Source of the DNA: Haplodiscus bocki
Taxonomy: Eukaryota
Length of the DNA stretch: 64,000 nucleotides
NCBI GenBank assembly: GCA_965655095.1
Contig: OZ296648.1
Location: 49,414,001-49,478,000 of the forward strand
Direction of reading: 5' to 3'
Under the pieces are notes generated by a model. The model was not told where the DNA came from, did not search any database, and was given only the letters and a program-made list of their open reading frames with translations. Of the stretch, positions 12,031 to 25,705 are shown in pieces. Within the stretch, counting starts at the first letter, position 1; every line of letters starts with the position of its first letter. Made by a program: the position numbers and the translations under genes.

Positions 12031-13626
12031 GTTCGAAAAACTTTTTTTTCGGTGGAAAAAACAGCATGGACGAAAATTTTGGCTCGTCTTCAATCGTATT
12101 TGGCATCCATCTTGTGAGTTAGTTTCGGGCTTTTGCGTTGTTGAAGTGTGATTATAGTTTCCATTTTCGTGGTTGCTATCAGTTCGGATTCTCCCATCGT
12201 CGTCTATTTATGGATCATGACTGCTGCCTCCCCGGAATTTGCTAACACAGTTGTCAAGGGTTTGGAATGACAAGTCAGAAAATAGTGCGGCAGAGCTAAA
12301 CTGCCGTAAGTATTATTCAAAATCAGTTGAGTCTGTGAAACTTTTTATCATGGGGCACGAAGTCAAAAAATTTACATAAAGGGCACCTCCGGGGGCGAAA
12401 GGTGTTGTAAATGGGGGGCAGCACAATTGCCTACCGTATCATTAGGTGTTTAGCTATTTCATGTTGACAAAATTAAGGTTGTCGTACATATGGTAGTGGC
12501 AGTGGAGGAGGAAGGCGTGTTTGAAAAGGCTCGTCCTGTACTTGTTACAGTTAAGGGGACAGTCGTTGCAGTGGTAACGGTCACCGACGTTTTCGTTTTG
12601 ATTAAAATCAAAATTTATTAAACCAGAGAAAGTTTGAGGTCTTTGAGTTGAGAAGGACTACTGATGGGGCACACAATTGAAAATGTGTCACTAAAGTACT
12701 GTCATTAAAAACTAACATAACTTCTCCAGATTGGAGTTAAGGAAAAAGTCAATACTAGCTGACTGAATGTGAATTGCTGTGTTCGTTTCGTCGAAAAGTT
12801 GGACTAATGAGTCCTTCCTAATGTGTTGGTAGTAATGGAGTCCTTTAGAGTGGTAGTGAATGCTCAGTTGATGCAGCGAAAAAGAGGAAACGGGATGGAA
12901 AGCTATTGAGATTTGACACGCAGAGACTTGTCAAAAGTAGCAATTGATAAGGAAATCTTTAAAAAGTTTTGTAGTTGTTGACACTGGGAGACCAAAAAGA
13001 AACAGTAAAAATGTACATCGTACGTCGAGTGTCTTTTTTGTGAACACTAAGCTAGAGCACTGTTTTCAGATTTCCTGAAATTCGAAAGCTCCTGCAGTTA
13101 TATCGGTTTTCAGTAAAAGCAACATGATGACGCTTGGTGAGAAGAAAATGAAAAGACAGTTGATGTAGACAATGGAAACGCCTTTTTGGACGGTTCAGTG
13201 TGCGGGACTGCGTGAGGGAAGACTTTAACAGAAACCTTGGGATTGGGGTGGCGATTGTGCAGACAACTGAAACGAAATTAGAAAAAAAAGAGCGACGGAC
13301 GAAAAAAGTTACGAAAAATGTCACAAAAATTGAAGCTTTTAGCTAGTATTTACAAGAGATCCCTAAAACTTTAAGCGGAATTTAGCGAGTCTTGGCGGGA
13401 CTCGCATAAAGCGCAATACACAGAAGGAACTTGGACAAACTAGGTTCGGACCTAGTCCGTTGAGCAGAATCTTAGAAGGACGTGCATTGAGTTTCGGTAA
13501 CAAGAAAAAAAGCGGGCGTGGGTCTTGGGTCAAAGCTAGGAACGGGTGAAAACAGTTGAGTTTGATAGTTTTGAAAAATAAGCTAACTTGAGGGATCATT
13601 TCCAAATGACCTGTCCCTTGAAGTAT

Positions 13627-13644
13627 ATCCCACTCCTCTCACCA
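13627..13644 (-). promoter_or_regulatory. Primer-binding site TGGTGAGAGGAGTGGGAT (tRNA-Leu-like 3' end)
   Basis: 18-nt TGG-initial sequence just inside the 5' LTR. Its complement ATCCCACTCCTCTCACCA resembles tRNA-Leu 3' ends (ATCCCACTCCTGACACCA). Confidence 0.7.
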
Positions 13645-13647
13645 TTC

Positions 13648-13994
13648 TGGAACAATCGTATGCCTTTAAAATTTCGCCAGCGAAAATTTGGTTTCCGGAA
13701 GACAACTGTTATTAGATAGATTCTCAGTAAATTTTTAAAATTACTTTCTGAGTAGTTTACTTTGGGTGGTTGCTAGCGGAATATCTCAAGTGAAAGAAAA
13801 GTTACTTTTGGCTTTTTGCGAAAAAGTTTAAAAAAGAAAAGGCAAAAAAAAGAAAATTCTTGTCGCGTTGTGTCACGTTAATTTAAAATTATTATGTCTC
13901 GTGGTGCTTTTGCTGTGTTATTTTTGTCCAGGGGACCGTAGTCCTTGTCTGGGAAAAGTACGAGTTCCATTTAGTTCAAATTATGGCTGTTACA
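13648..13994 (-). repeat. 5' LTR of the Gypsy relic
   Basis: Starts TGTAACAGCC on the minus strand; aligns in blocks with 9284-9470 and 10000-10152. Confidence 0.65.
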
Positions 13995-14047
13995 GAGCAA
14001 TGATGGATTTTTTTTTCTTGAAGCTCCCCTTAGCACCCACCCATCCA

Positions 14048-14053
<6 letters not shown>

Positions 14054-14083
<30 letters not shown>
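14054..14083. repeat. (CA)n microsatellite, ~15 units
   Basis: Directly visible. Confidence 0.98.
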
Positions 14084-14087
<4 letters not shown>

Positions 14088-17000
14088 AACCATAATGGAA
14101 ATGCAAAAGAATAAACAGTGTAATGGTTTAAAACACGCGTGAGTGAATTTCAGACAGTCAGAAAAGAGTTCGCTTCTGCCTTGGAAAGGGGAGTCAAAAT
14201 TCTGGGTACCACTGGGGGGAATTCAACAGAAACGATCCCAACAATGCTGTAAAAACCGAAAAGAATAGTAATTCGGACAGTAATCGATTGGCATGTCCTT
14301 TGCAATCAGATTGATACTTCCGAAATGATTTTTTTCCGGTATTTGTTCCCCAAACTGCAATTGGTTGACACATAACATTTTCAAAGGGTAATATGACTGA
14401 ACATTCTCTACTTTCATATGGTATTACTCTTTTATCAGATTAACATCAAATAATTGGTGACATTTTCAACTTTACCCATAGCACATACATAATTGAAAAA
14501 ATGAACTTTTCGTCACTCTGACCATTTGGGGGGGGGGGGTCCAACCGTTTTTTTGGGGAGATGGGAAAATATCTTCAAAAGTTGTTATTGGGAGGAAAAC
14601 TGGAAAACAACTTCCAAAATTTTGAATACGAAACGAAAAAAAATCAACCAATGCTTACCATGCCTCACTGTTCTAAACTGCCAGGCCACCAAAATTTACC
14701 CTTCAATTTCGGTACAATTTTGGTCCCGCATCCTATGTTATTATCAGTGTGACACACTGCTTTCCCGGACGCCGAATGTTGCCCTGACTCAAGAAGTAAT
14801 TTCACAACAGGTTGACTTGACCCAGTGGTCCCATTGTACTGTTCTCCAGTGTCCCAGTGCATTCCACCTATGCGACTTTGAATCGAGACCGTTGCGAGAT
14901 CAAAAATTTTTCTTCGAACACAGCGAGACAATGTCTTGTAACTAATACTGTATGAAACTAACAGGATTTTAAGAATGGAAAACTGTTCATCCATTTTTTT
15001 GAATTTCAAAAAGTCTGAATTATTCGGACAAACTTGATTATTTCTATTTTCCATCGTTGATTACATTTTATGGTGCAATTCTGGTGCAGATGCACATTGA
15101 TATTCAATTAAAATTGTGTATTTCAATTTGTAAAAAATATCAATAGAATAATTTTTTTTAAATTTTGTTTCCACAACGTTCCGGTAAAACGAATTAGGAG
15201 AAATTCAATTTTATTCGGATTGTGTTCAGCTTTTCAATGACTCACTTGAAGTCCAAACTGCCGATTGATCCAGCAGAATTGTTTTCATAGCCGATACATA
15301 ATTTACAATTTCATTTGCTCACGGTTCAAACGCATAAGGGATGGCTGTCTCCAAATTCTTATTCCATAATTACTCAGATTTTACCGGAACAAAAATGGGT
15401 GCCGGTATAGTATGTGGTCTACATTTTACGAATGCGTGTAATCTATCTGACAATAAAAACTCTCGGCCAATGATATTTGAGATTCAATTTCAGTTGCACC
15501 GGAACGACAGCACCGCGGAAACACCGTTTTCGCTGGTTGATCACAAATTTTTGTTGACCGCATAATAGACTAGCACCTAAAAATTTTTCGTAGCAATCAA
15601 AAACAAAATTGTCTATAAAGTATGTTTTTTGCGAGTAACAATAAATTGGAAGCGATTTTTGCGCATTCCTGTAACAGATAGTTCTGAATACCTAGTAGAG
15701 GATGTTATGATTTGCCAGCCGAAACTTCTTGAGGAAAAATTTCGAAAAAAATTGGCATGGCAATTTTTGAAATCCATATTTTGAGATAGTGTTGAAATTT
15801 TGCTGCTCGAATTTAGCTTTCCTTTTCGAAAAACATTTCTTGACAAAAGGTTGATGCAAAGAGTTGCAAAAATATCCAAAAAACGTTAATAGGATTTGCT
15901 ACTAGCCTAAATTTTCGGATTTTGTGGAAGACTGGAACATTGAGTGGCCAATGCCAACATATAGACTTCTTTCAATCAATACAATTCACATGCCCCACTT
16001 CACATTTTTTACAGCTATCACAAGATGTGATGTAAAATAGACGAGTTATTCCAGAATCTCGAAAAGATCGAAGTAACTACGCAAGGATCATTTTCGAAAT
16101 CAAGTGCTTTTTTCCCCATCAATAGGACTGATTTATACTTTTATCTTGCTTTCCAGGTAGTTGGGCCAAAACGCTGGTTTTGAAAAACTGATTCGGGAAT
16201 TTCTTTTGATCGAAAGGTACTTCAGTTTATGCTTCCTCTTATCCCCTTTTTCACCTTTCACAAACAAACACTAACCCACAAAATTGACAAACTTCTCAAC
16301 TGAATGATGCACCGACTTCGGACTGTAGCGTGACCGAATGACTCTCACTGATTTCCTGTGCATATTGTGCTTTAAGCCAGCTTGGCTCGTAGAAAAAGAG
16401 GACATCGCTGCATTTACGTTGCCAATTCAACCATAATCTCGTTGCAATACGCCTAAACAATATTCTTTTTTGTGTATATTCATTGCACATTCAATTATTG
16501 CAAGACGGATAAATAGTGTTCTCCACCTCCATCGTTATTGCACCGCCGCTTAACATCACTAGGGGAGTAAACCCGATGTCGTGATTTGAATGCCGCAGAA
16601 GATATTCAGCATTTTGTCGACAGAATCCAGAAGTGAAGCAGTAGATGAAAAACGACCGGAGATTGTAACTCTGTCGGCGAAAACGGATATATAACGACGC
16701 GCCTCTCTGTCTTTTCATGCCTCACGTATAATCAAGTCCGCGAATATTGCAAGCTGGTCATTTGGAAATAACGTAAATTCGGCTCTTTTTTCAAGTTTCA
16801 TTAGAAGAGAGTTGACAGTTCGTCCACTCTGAGAAATATTGTTATGTTTCAGAGTGACAAGACGTCCATTTTAGGCCGGCAAAATTTCATGAAACAACTT
16901 TTCGAATTTTGTTCAAAAATCAACCTGATAGTTCGTTGAACAACTTTTCCCAAGGTACAGGTGTTTATTCATAAAAATCTATTTTGTTGAAACAATCCGA

Positions 17001-17689
17001 TTTGTTTCCCAATTTTCGGCTCTGAACATCAAAGAGAGGCAAACTTTTCGTTATCGCATTCATCCTCTTTGGTATTTGAATTGAATAATTGCAAAACAAA
17101 ACGTTGTCCGACCAGCAAGGAAAATAAATCCCTCGCTCACACCACTGACTTTAGAGAATAGCTATTTGAGAAAACCAAAAATTCTATTTCTGCTTCAGAC
17201 TGTATTGGTTTCAGTTTACATTTTTCGTTGTTTTCGTCGAAAAAATTTTCACAAGAATATGTTCATTTCAGTGTTTGCAGCTTTTTCATTTTGTTGGATC
17301 TGCCCATGACTTCGCGCTACGGAGGAGCTAGTGACCTGAATAAAAAAGACGCGACCGACTTCGCCGAGACAAAGTGGCCAACAGGTTTCCGCTTTAAAAC
17401 TCTCAACCGGCTAATTTTTTGAGCTTTTCGGATATTTGTGTACACTTACCATTTTTTCAAAAGCATGAAAATAATTGTTACGACTAAGTTTCAAATATCT
17501 CGATGAACTTGACATTTTTTTAAAGTGACCCTTCTTCATAAATGAGGCCATTACGTCTTTTCCAAAACGTTTTGTCCCTTTCGGGAAAATTTTTGCTTTT
17601 CTGAAGAACCCTGAAAGGTCCATAAACAATTCTTCATTTAGGAAAGAATAATTTTATCAATATTTGAAGTTTTTTGTTACTGAGAAAAA

Positions 17690-20300
17690 TTCCTCCTGGC
17701 TATCTCAGTTTTTCCGGTACCAAAAACCACAAATCAACTCTGGAATGTTCTGTTGGAAAATTTCGCTCTGTGATCCGCACATCGATAAAGTGCCTGAAAG
17801 AATTAGAAAAAAAAGTCTTCTATTGTGAGACTCACTCAATTTTTTCCAGAACCACAGGGCTCAATTCTTTGGGCAGAGTCTCAGTCAACAACCAATTACT
17901 TGAAAAGTACTGCAAGGTGAAAAACAATATTCGATTTGTTTCTTGGCAGGGGAGTCTTGATAGTCCAAAATATCCAAAACCTGGTTTCAAATTTTCGTTT
18001 GTCTCACAAAGAACATCGCATTTTTTGTCAATTTTGGTTTGAAAAGTTTATTCAATCTCAATTCGCAAATCCTAGCCTGTGTAGGACTATCGGATCTGAA
18101 AAACAAAAATTTCCTTATCTGTCTGCTACTCCTAAAATTCAGAAAACCCAAGGCTGCTTTGTTTTTTTTGATAAGTCCCCGTCTTCAAAATTTCCGTTGG
18201 CAATAATCATTGTCATGAAATCCACCCTCGGAAGGTCTATCGGCACTTTTTCATTTCTGCAGGACTAATATCTCTGAAAAAACAGAGTTTGGTTCACGCT
18301 TCGAAATGGAATGCTTTTATTTCGAAAATGACAAACATTGCTTTCAGCTATTAAAATTGACTTATCCTGACCTTCAATTTCGTTTTTCTCCTAACATTTT
18401 CATTTGATTGGCGCCACGAAGGTCTCATTTGGCAGACTTCTATCGGAGAATTTTTTTTCAAAAAAGATTTTCCATAATTTTGCTTCTTACGTTGGATTTT
18501 TGATTGTTCGAAGATGCCAAAACTGCTATCATGTTATTACCTTTTACCAATTTCCAATTGGAAATTCACATTTCTCCATCTCTGTTTACCCCAATTCTTC
18601 ATCAAGCCCTCAGACGACAACGTTTCAATTTGGGAGAAAACAACGAAAAACTTCGATTTTGTTTCTTCCGGTGGAATCCTGCGGTCAAAAAATGCCAGAG
18701 ACTGCTATTATGCTATTAATATTGACGCATTTCGATGTTCATTTTCAAATTTATCCATAACTACTGGCCTGGTTTCTTGTCTCAAGGTCCTAATCAGGAC
18801 CGTTTTATATGCATTTTTTCAATTGAAAATCTATCAATTTTGTTCGAGGCCTCGCTATTCCGTCAAACGAAATGCTGGAAGCTGCTCTCAATATTGAAGT
18901 AACAGTAGTGTGATACGTTTTTCTCCAAGACTATTAGCCGGCTTCGTTCCATGGAGGTTTCAATCTACACTTTTTTGTTCGTGGAGGACTGGAAATTCAA
19001 AATTGCCAAAAACTGCTTCCTTGCTAAAACTTTTTACTCAATCTGTCTCCAAATTCCTTTTTTTGCTTTAGAATTGACTTGATCTGTGCCATCAAGTTCT
19101 CTGGCAGCAATGTTTTCAAATGAAAGAAGCATTTACTCAGAAAATCCTAAAGTTAGTTCCAAGAATCAGAAGTACTAGTGCTTGTCCGAGAGTAACAACA
19201 ATGATAAAAAAACAATATTTATATTCACTTAACTTAATATTCAATTTCGTGTCTCTCAGCAAACATCGGTTTCAATATCTTCATCAAGGTCTCAGTCAGC
19301 AACGTTTTACTTCTGGAGGAATATTCTCATCAAACGTGACGGGATCGATTTGGTTCCTTGTGTTGGAAACCTGAGGGTCCCGAAAATGCTAAATTGTGCT
19401 GTCAATGGGTAATATTTGTATTTTTAGGTTAGTTTTTTTCCTCACTCAAAGGCGTAACCTCTCCCGTGAACGTCTCAGTCAGCGGCTGTCCACCGATGAA
19501 GTTCCTTGCGAAAGAAGTTTTATCAATTTTGTTCCTTGCGTTGGATTCTAAGCGATCCGAGAAAGCCAGAAAACGCTTTTATGGTTTTATACTGGACATA
19601 ACTAGGTCTTCAAAATCTAGTTTTTCCAAAATTATTGGCTCAATATCCTCTATCAAGGTCTCAAACAGCAGCTTTTTTTTGAAAGATTATGCGTTTCAAA
19701 GGCCATCACCCTGATTTCCCACATTGAATTTCTGTCACGTCGAAGTTGCCTAAAATTGCTCCTAAGGTTTAGAGATCTTGGCAGCGAAAATCTTTTTTTT
19801 TCAGGACCTCTGGCGAATTTTTTTGAATCGAGGACCGAATCCACAGTTTTCTTCCTAAAAAAGGTCACGCATTAATACCAATCTGAGTTACTCGTCCTTT
19901 AACGAGAAATTGATTGACCGATTCGGCCAAAAACATCATTCTCGAATGATTCGTCATGATATTCGAAATGGATTTTTTCAAGAGCATCGGCTTCATTTTT
20001 CCGTCAGAATCCCAATTGACAGCGGTTCACTTGAGAAACATTACTTGATAAAGCGAGTCTGATTTTTATTCCTCAAATTTGGATTCTGAAAGGCCGGAAA
20101 AAGCGAGAACTGCTTCTTTCTGTAGAACTTTCATTGAAATGAAAATCCTTGATTTTCATGCGAGCGTCAGAATCTTAATAGAAAAAAATTGAAAAAAAAG
20201 CTGCAATTTTAATTTGTTGATATTCAAACTCATAAGTCTCCAAAGCTACATGCTTTGATTTTTCTAACGAGGTCTCATTCGGCAACTTTTTCTTGTCAGA
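17690..20300. repeat. Highly decayed ~180-bp tandem repeat
   Basis: Variants of the motif AAGGTCTCARTCRRCARC at 17876, 18053, 18232, 18419, 18604, 18784, 18954, 19094, 19286, 19469, 19655, 19830, 20006 and 20269. Spacings are mostly 170-192 bp. Confidence 0.65.
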
Positions 20301-21287
20301 AATGGATCTTTGTGTCGAAACTTTTCATTTTATGTTCGATGAACCATTTCTGCACCCCTTTGGTAGAAAAATTTCAAATGTCACTGCTCCTCTGGTTGTA
20401 TTTTTGACCGAAGCTTCAGGCATGACAACAAAAACTTCCGTACGCAGGAAACACTTGCTCCTGTAGAAAATGACTGTCATATTCAGGAACTAACTAAACA
20501 GAAGGAAAAACTTTCATTTCAGACTCAAAAAAGTTTTTGGCATGAAACTATCTTTTTTTGAAACTTTGATAGGCAAGGGATTGTCCTGCAATCACCAAAA
20601 CGCAGATTGGATCATTTCCATTGCACACCTGTTTTGACAAACAACTCCGTTTTCAGCCGAAGAGTGAACATTCATGCTGCTACTTTTCAGCGTCTCTCAG
20701 ATTTTTCCTCTCCCTCAACTTTCTAATAACAAGACATTTTCTGAACCAAAGTGGAAATTTTGTACAATCCAAATAATCCCTACCACGAATCCAAAACTAT
20801 TATTTTTCTCCTTATGTGTAGAACTTGATGCTCAGCAAAAAATTTCGTATCTTTCTGAGTTTCGTTTTTTCCCGTGTCTGAATTCTTTCATATATTTCCG
20901 GACGAAAAAGTTCGTTCTTGAGCAACACCTTTTTTTAACATTCCAAAGATTCTGTATCACTATTCCAACTGTTCGATAATTGCTTTACACATCATTCATG
21001 TATTTTCTTCAATGACCAAACAGTTTCAGTGTTTACAGTACGAGGCAGTTGAAACATGATTTTTTGACTTTCTCCTGGTCTTTTATATTTCCAATAAAAT
21101 TAGCATAAGTCAATTAAGTCGGTTACTTCAGTTGGTGTTGCAGAGAAACTTCCATAAATGTGCGTTTCCGAGAACTTTCTGTCGAAGCAAAACTGTGAAG
21201 CCTGCGGACAATCAATAGACGAAGAAAGGACATTCCAAGACTCCCAACAAAGTAGAACTTCACACTTTAACTCTAAAAACATTCATT

Positions 21288-22779
21288 TGTAATATTACGT
21301 AATGTACATGTGAAGTGATCCGTAAAAATACGAATAACTCCTGTGAACTGATCCAGACTAGGACGGAACTGTTATGGAGCGAACAGATATTAACCTAGTA
21401 GCTCATTACAAGGTGCTACATTTATATTAATTTTTAGTTATTTAGTATAGGTCCACCTTGTTAACTGTGCTAAATTGCCGTACAACAAGTCAAATTGACG
21501 TTGCAAATGAGGCAATCTAGTGCAACTGTAGCTAAGTACAAAAGACTCTAAGAAATAATATTTGTTCCGTACGTGTTCCGTCGCTACTAATCTAGTGACG
21601 TCATAATCAATCCAAACCAATATTAGAGTGCTAGCACACTCTGCTGGGATGGTCAACTACGGAACAGTTCCGTATTCATTCCTTTTCTCTTTTCGTAGCA
21701 GCACGGCTCATAGCAGCGCTACAAGCGGATATGGAACCATTCCGGAAGCGATTGGCCAGAAGGAGGAACCGACAAGGAGCGTTCCTAATTTCCACCTCGT
21801 TGCTCTCCAAATTTCACCACGAATTTTAGTCAGCCAGCACATAATTTCTTTCTTCTTTGAAGCATCAAAGACCCATAATAACCTGTTGTTAGTATTTTAT
21901 TTAAATCTGGATAATATACCTCTACGCTAACTTTTTTTCCAAATATGGAAAGCCTTTGGTGTCTTGCTTTTATTATTATATTTCATGTCCACGCGAGAAT
22001 AAGTTTTTTGATGCCCATTTCTCACGGATTAGGCCCGTACATTTTCTGTCGAGAGATGGACGGGACGCGGTGTATGAGAAAGCATATGGACGGAAACGTG
22101 TTTTTCCACCAGAGTTGGCATTTTTGCATTGTAAAAAACATGATTAAAGTACTTTCCGCCATTTTGCACCTTGACTTGGGGTGTAAATAATTATGTTTCC
22201 CCCCATGGAAAGGGTGAAAATAGAAGAAACGAAGATACTAATACTATTATAATGAACTGTACCGTTTGAACTAGTCGCTTTATTATTGACAATATTACCC
22301 AGTTTTTTTCCTTCAGGTGGAATTGAGAATACAAAACTTTATTGAGTCTCAAATACTGTCCTACAATTTTTCCTTCAAAATGGCAACACTCAGGTAAAAG
22401 AAATAGTTGGCAGCAGTTTCTGGAGAAAGTCAAGAAAAGCACCCTAGGAACAACCAGTCACGAAACGCAGCTGCCACTAGAATCAACGAGGGCTATATCA
22501 CTCAGGTGTCAAAGGAGAAAGAGGTCAGGGTGACAAAGAAACTGTCTCAGGAATTCAGTAGTCGAATCCTGAGCGCTCTGGCCAAGTGAGATGATTTTCT
22601 TCTCAATCCACAAATCCGGTCACAATCTGGAACCGTTCCGGGATTAGCCTGGAATTCCAACCCAGAAAAGCAGGAAACAAACGAGGACTGTTCCCAGAAT
22701 GATCCTCATCCTCAGGTAGGTACCTCCATCTACCGGTTGCCCTAATTTATGAATTCAGACCCAAATGAGGCTCCTTGCA
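21288..22779 (+). mobile_element. Probable solo LTR (TG...CA) containing a disrupted ORF start at 22380 and a likely secondary insertion at ~21930-22190
   Basis: Begins TGTAAT and ends ...CTCCTTGCA; flanks CATT/CTTT (3/4 match, possible aged TSD). ORF MATLR*KK*LAAVS... is homologous to 7990-8300. An alternative LTR end exists at 21723. Confidence 0.5.
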
Positions 22780-22799
22780 CTTTCAATAATTACACAAAA

Positions 22800-24260
22800 A
22801 CTTAACGCTTAAAGCTTAAAATATGTATCATGCAAGTCAATTTTACTTTTTTTTCGAACAATAAATAAAAATTCCATGAGCTTCTCCATGCCATAGTTTT
22901 CCTTTTAATTAGGAGATTGGAGGTGACAAAACTGTAAAAAGGAGTACTTGAAAAACCCGAAGAAATTGTGACAGAAAATGAAACTTGTACACAAAAAGAA
23001 CACTCTTGGTGAGTCGATCGTGCATTATGGGTCCGACCGACGTAGCTGATGAAGTGGGTTACGTCGTGGAAAAGCACCGTTATCTCAATTTTTGTGCAGC
23101 TGTACTTGAATTAGCAAGTTGCGCCTACCAATGGGAAATATTTCAGAGGAGTAACAGTGTATCGGTACTTTCTTGGCGTAATTGGAGTTAAATTTTAATT
23201 TTTCAAGCTTCGTCACTTCAGCTTTAGAGGTCACATGTCTCATGGCGGGCATCACCCGAAGCCAAAGGCCAAAACTGACTTGGCTAGGGAAATCAATGTC
23301 ATTTTTCCACGAATCTGAGACACTCATTCAGCCAAACCTATTGTATACTGGAACGACTTGCACTTCTGAAAGTGGAAGAGGGCTAAAAAACTACAATTGA
23401 TTGAAGACGTGCAAATAATGCTATGGTGATAGTTCATCCTTTTTTGCGGACTTTCTATTGATCGCTGAAAAGTTCCATATGGAAGATAAGCCTATCATTA
23501 CGCAAAAAAAAGGACAATTTAACAGTGTTTACAATAAACAGACGTTTTAGAAAATGAATTGCTGGATGTAAAAACACTGAATATCGGGCACAATTGCAAA
23601 CTCTCAACCTAATTGGCACTATTCGGGGAAAGTTTACAAATGGCTATTACTTTGTCTAGGCCAAGTATTGTATTGAATTTTACGCGGAATTAAAATTTTG
23701 TGTTGTCTTGATATTCTGTATAGAAGTTTAATAAAAAGCTTTCCATACAATATTTCTGAATTTTCCTATTTTCCATGTTTTTTAAACAGTTTGTCAGCAT
23801 GCTTGAGTTTTCCATGGAAGCTCAACAGGGATAATCTTAGCAACGACTGAACTTCCCGACAATTAAAAAATTCAAGAACCTGAAGGTAGTGTCAACTATT
23901 CAGCTGGTGCGAAATAAGTATTTCTATAATTTGGTGCTCTGAAATCACCTGCAAATGCGGTTTTTAATCCGAAACGACAACACCGAAAAACACATAACCG
24001 AATTAAATAGCCGTCTGGAATTGAAACTTTTTCCAAAGAACATAAAATTATTTTTGCGAACTTTAGCGTTGCGAGCTTTATATGGAGCTACCTTGCTGCT
24101 CATCACATTTGATGACTTCTGCTCAGCACTCCATGAAAACTCTGAGCTATAATCGGCTCTATTGACGAAATAAAGACTCACATTGCAACACTCAACGAAA
24201 ATAAGTACTTGCTACAAGGCACAGTGGCGTTCAGCGAGCGCATATCATCACTCGCCATCC
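22800..24260 (-). mobile_element. Decayed LINE (APE-type non-LTR) ORF2 fragments
   Basis: KTAFAGDFRAPNY (GDFN endonuclease motif variant) near 23930-23965. C-terminal-like SKAEVTKLEKL segment at 23085-23327. RT core not recognisable. Confidence 0.5.
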
Positions 24261-25254
24261 TTTCATTCGGTTAACGTTATTTGCCGGCCGTTCAAAAGAT
24301 GTCTCATCATCTGCAACTGTCCCCCTTGAACCGGAACCCAAACAGTCGCCCCCCTAAAGTGTCATTTGACATCTTGGGCTATAACGAGTCATCGTGCTCT
24401 GGTTTCATCCAAAAAAACATCCAATGTTTGCTGCAGAGCTTGCAACCTGCGAAGACCCTTGATTTTTGCCCCAATGCAAGCAAATAATACGTTACCACCA
24501 TCACCCTTCGTAAAAAGGTCTTGATAAATGCTGAACCCCGCAAAACCAATCAATGCTGCGCCTGTAGGGGTGGTGTGCTGGGAGAAAGGCTACCACACTT
24601 ATCCTTTTTGTGACCGGTTTCTACAATCATTGAAGTACTTAGTGGACTGATAAATTTTGGGACGGTAAATCTAGCGACCGGGAGCAGTGTAGTAGAGTGA
24701 TTACTCCGCTGTTTCGTACAATAAAATGAGCCCTACTACATGTTTGGTCAAATGGGTTTATTTGTATGATGAAAAGTTGAGTCATCTCTTCATTCTGAAT
24801 CTAAAAAAAATTAAACTGGAATGAATCTAAAAAAAATTAAATTGGAAAATTAAAAAAGGAATTAAAAGCATGATTATATGAACATAAGGTGGATCACCTT
24901 CAAGAAGGCAAGAAGGACCGCTTGTCACCAAAGTATCTGCAAATGTTACGATATCCTCCTCCGGTGACATCCTTGATTTTTTGCAGAACTGTATTTCAAA
25001 GAGACTTGAACCAAGACAAAAAATTAAAGCGATTAAGATGTTCAACTGATTCTTTGATGCTTCACTAAATACAACCCAGCAAATGGCCCTCCTAACAATA
25101 ATTATCTCAATAATCAATCAAACAATTCTTCCCAACCAGCTTCTCGAATCATTTTGAATAAACTTTGGCCCGTAAAATTGGCCCTTTATCAATTTGTACC
25201 ATATATATAAAATACGGGAGCAAAATCTTCCACTCAAACGACTAAAACTGAACG

Positions 25255-25705
25255 TTTTCTATGCCCGATGCTTACCACTTGCGTTCGCGTTTTTAACGAT
25301 GTTTGTTCATGTTTCTGGACAAAATTTTTTCATCACCCAGTTGTAGCAAATTTGCCGTAGAATGCGACTGAAATAATAGGAATTCTCAAAACCTTCAAAA
25401 CTTGGGTTTTTTTGAAAAAATAGATGGGTTTCTGGAGACAAACATGAATTTTTTAAAAACCGCTATAGGTGGCAAACTTTCTGTAGAATATGCATCAATT
25501 GATATGATTTCTTGCAAGTGATTTTTTGCCCTAATTTTGACGTTTTTTTGGCAAAAATCAGAGAATTTCGAAACTTGAATAGATAAAAAAAATACGACAA
25601 AGAAGCAGTGTTTTTCCGAAAGAAAAACTTTTTCATCTTTTTAAAAACGTTCTTTACAAAAATGGGAAGGCGCAACATATGCCTATGGTAGCCGGCCGTC
25701 TTGTT
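25255..25705 (+). mobile_element. Non-autonomous HINE/DINE-1-like element
   Basis: 5' T-run followed by CTATGCCCG; 3' end ...gtagccggccgtCTTGTT (DINE-1-type terminus); non-coding, A/T-run-rich interior. Confidence 0.55.

Larger units (their letters stand above)
9284..13994 (-). mobile_element. Decayed, internally deleted Ty3/Gypsy LTR retrotransposon
   Basis: Diverged LTR pair (9284-9470 plus 10000-10152 versus 13648-13994). Purine tract agaaggtagtaggcag adjacent to the 3' LTR, PBS adjacent to the 5' LTR, and an RT relic between them. Confidence 0.8.

Noticed and set aside
16750-21280. Polinton/Maverick or other DNA-virus-like coding relics
   Set aside because: No pPolB, ATPase, capsid or integrase motif could be recovered; the region is better explained by the decayed ~180-bp repeat.
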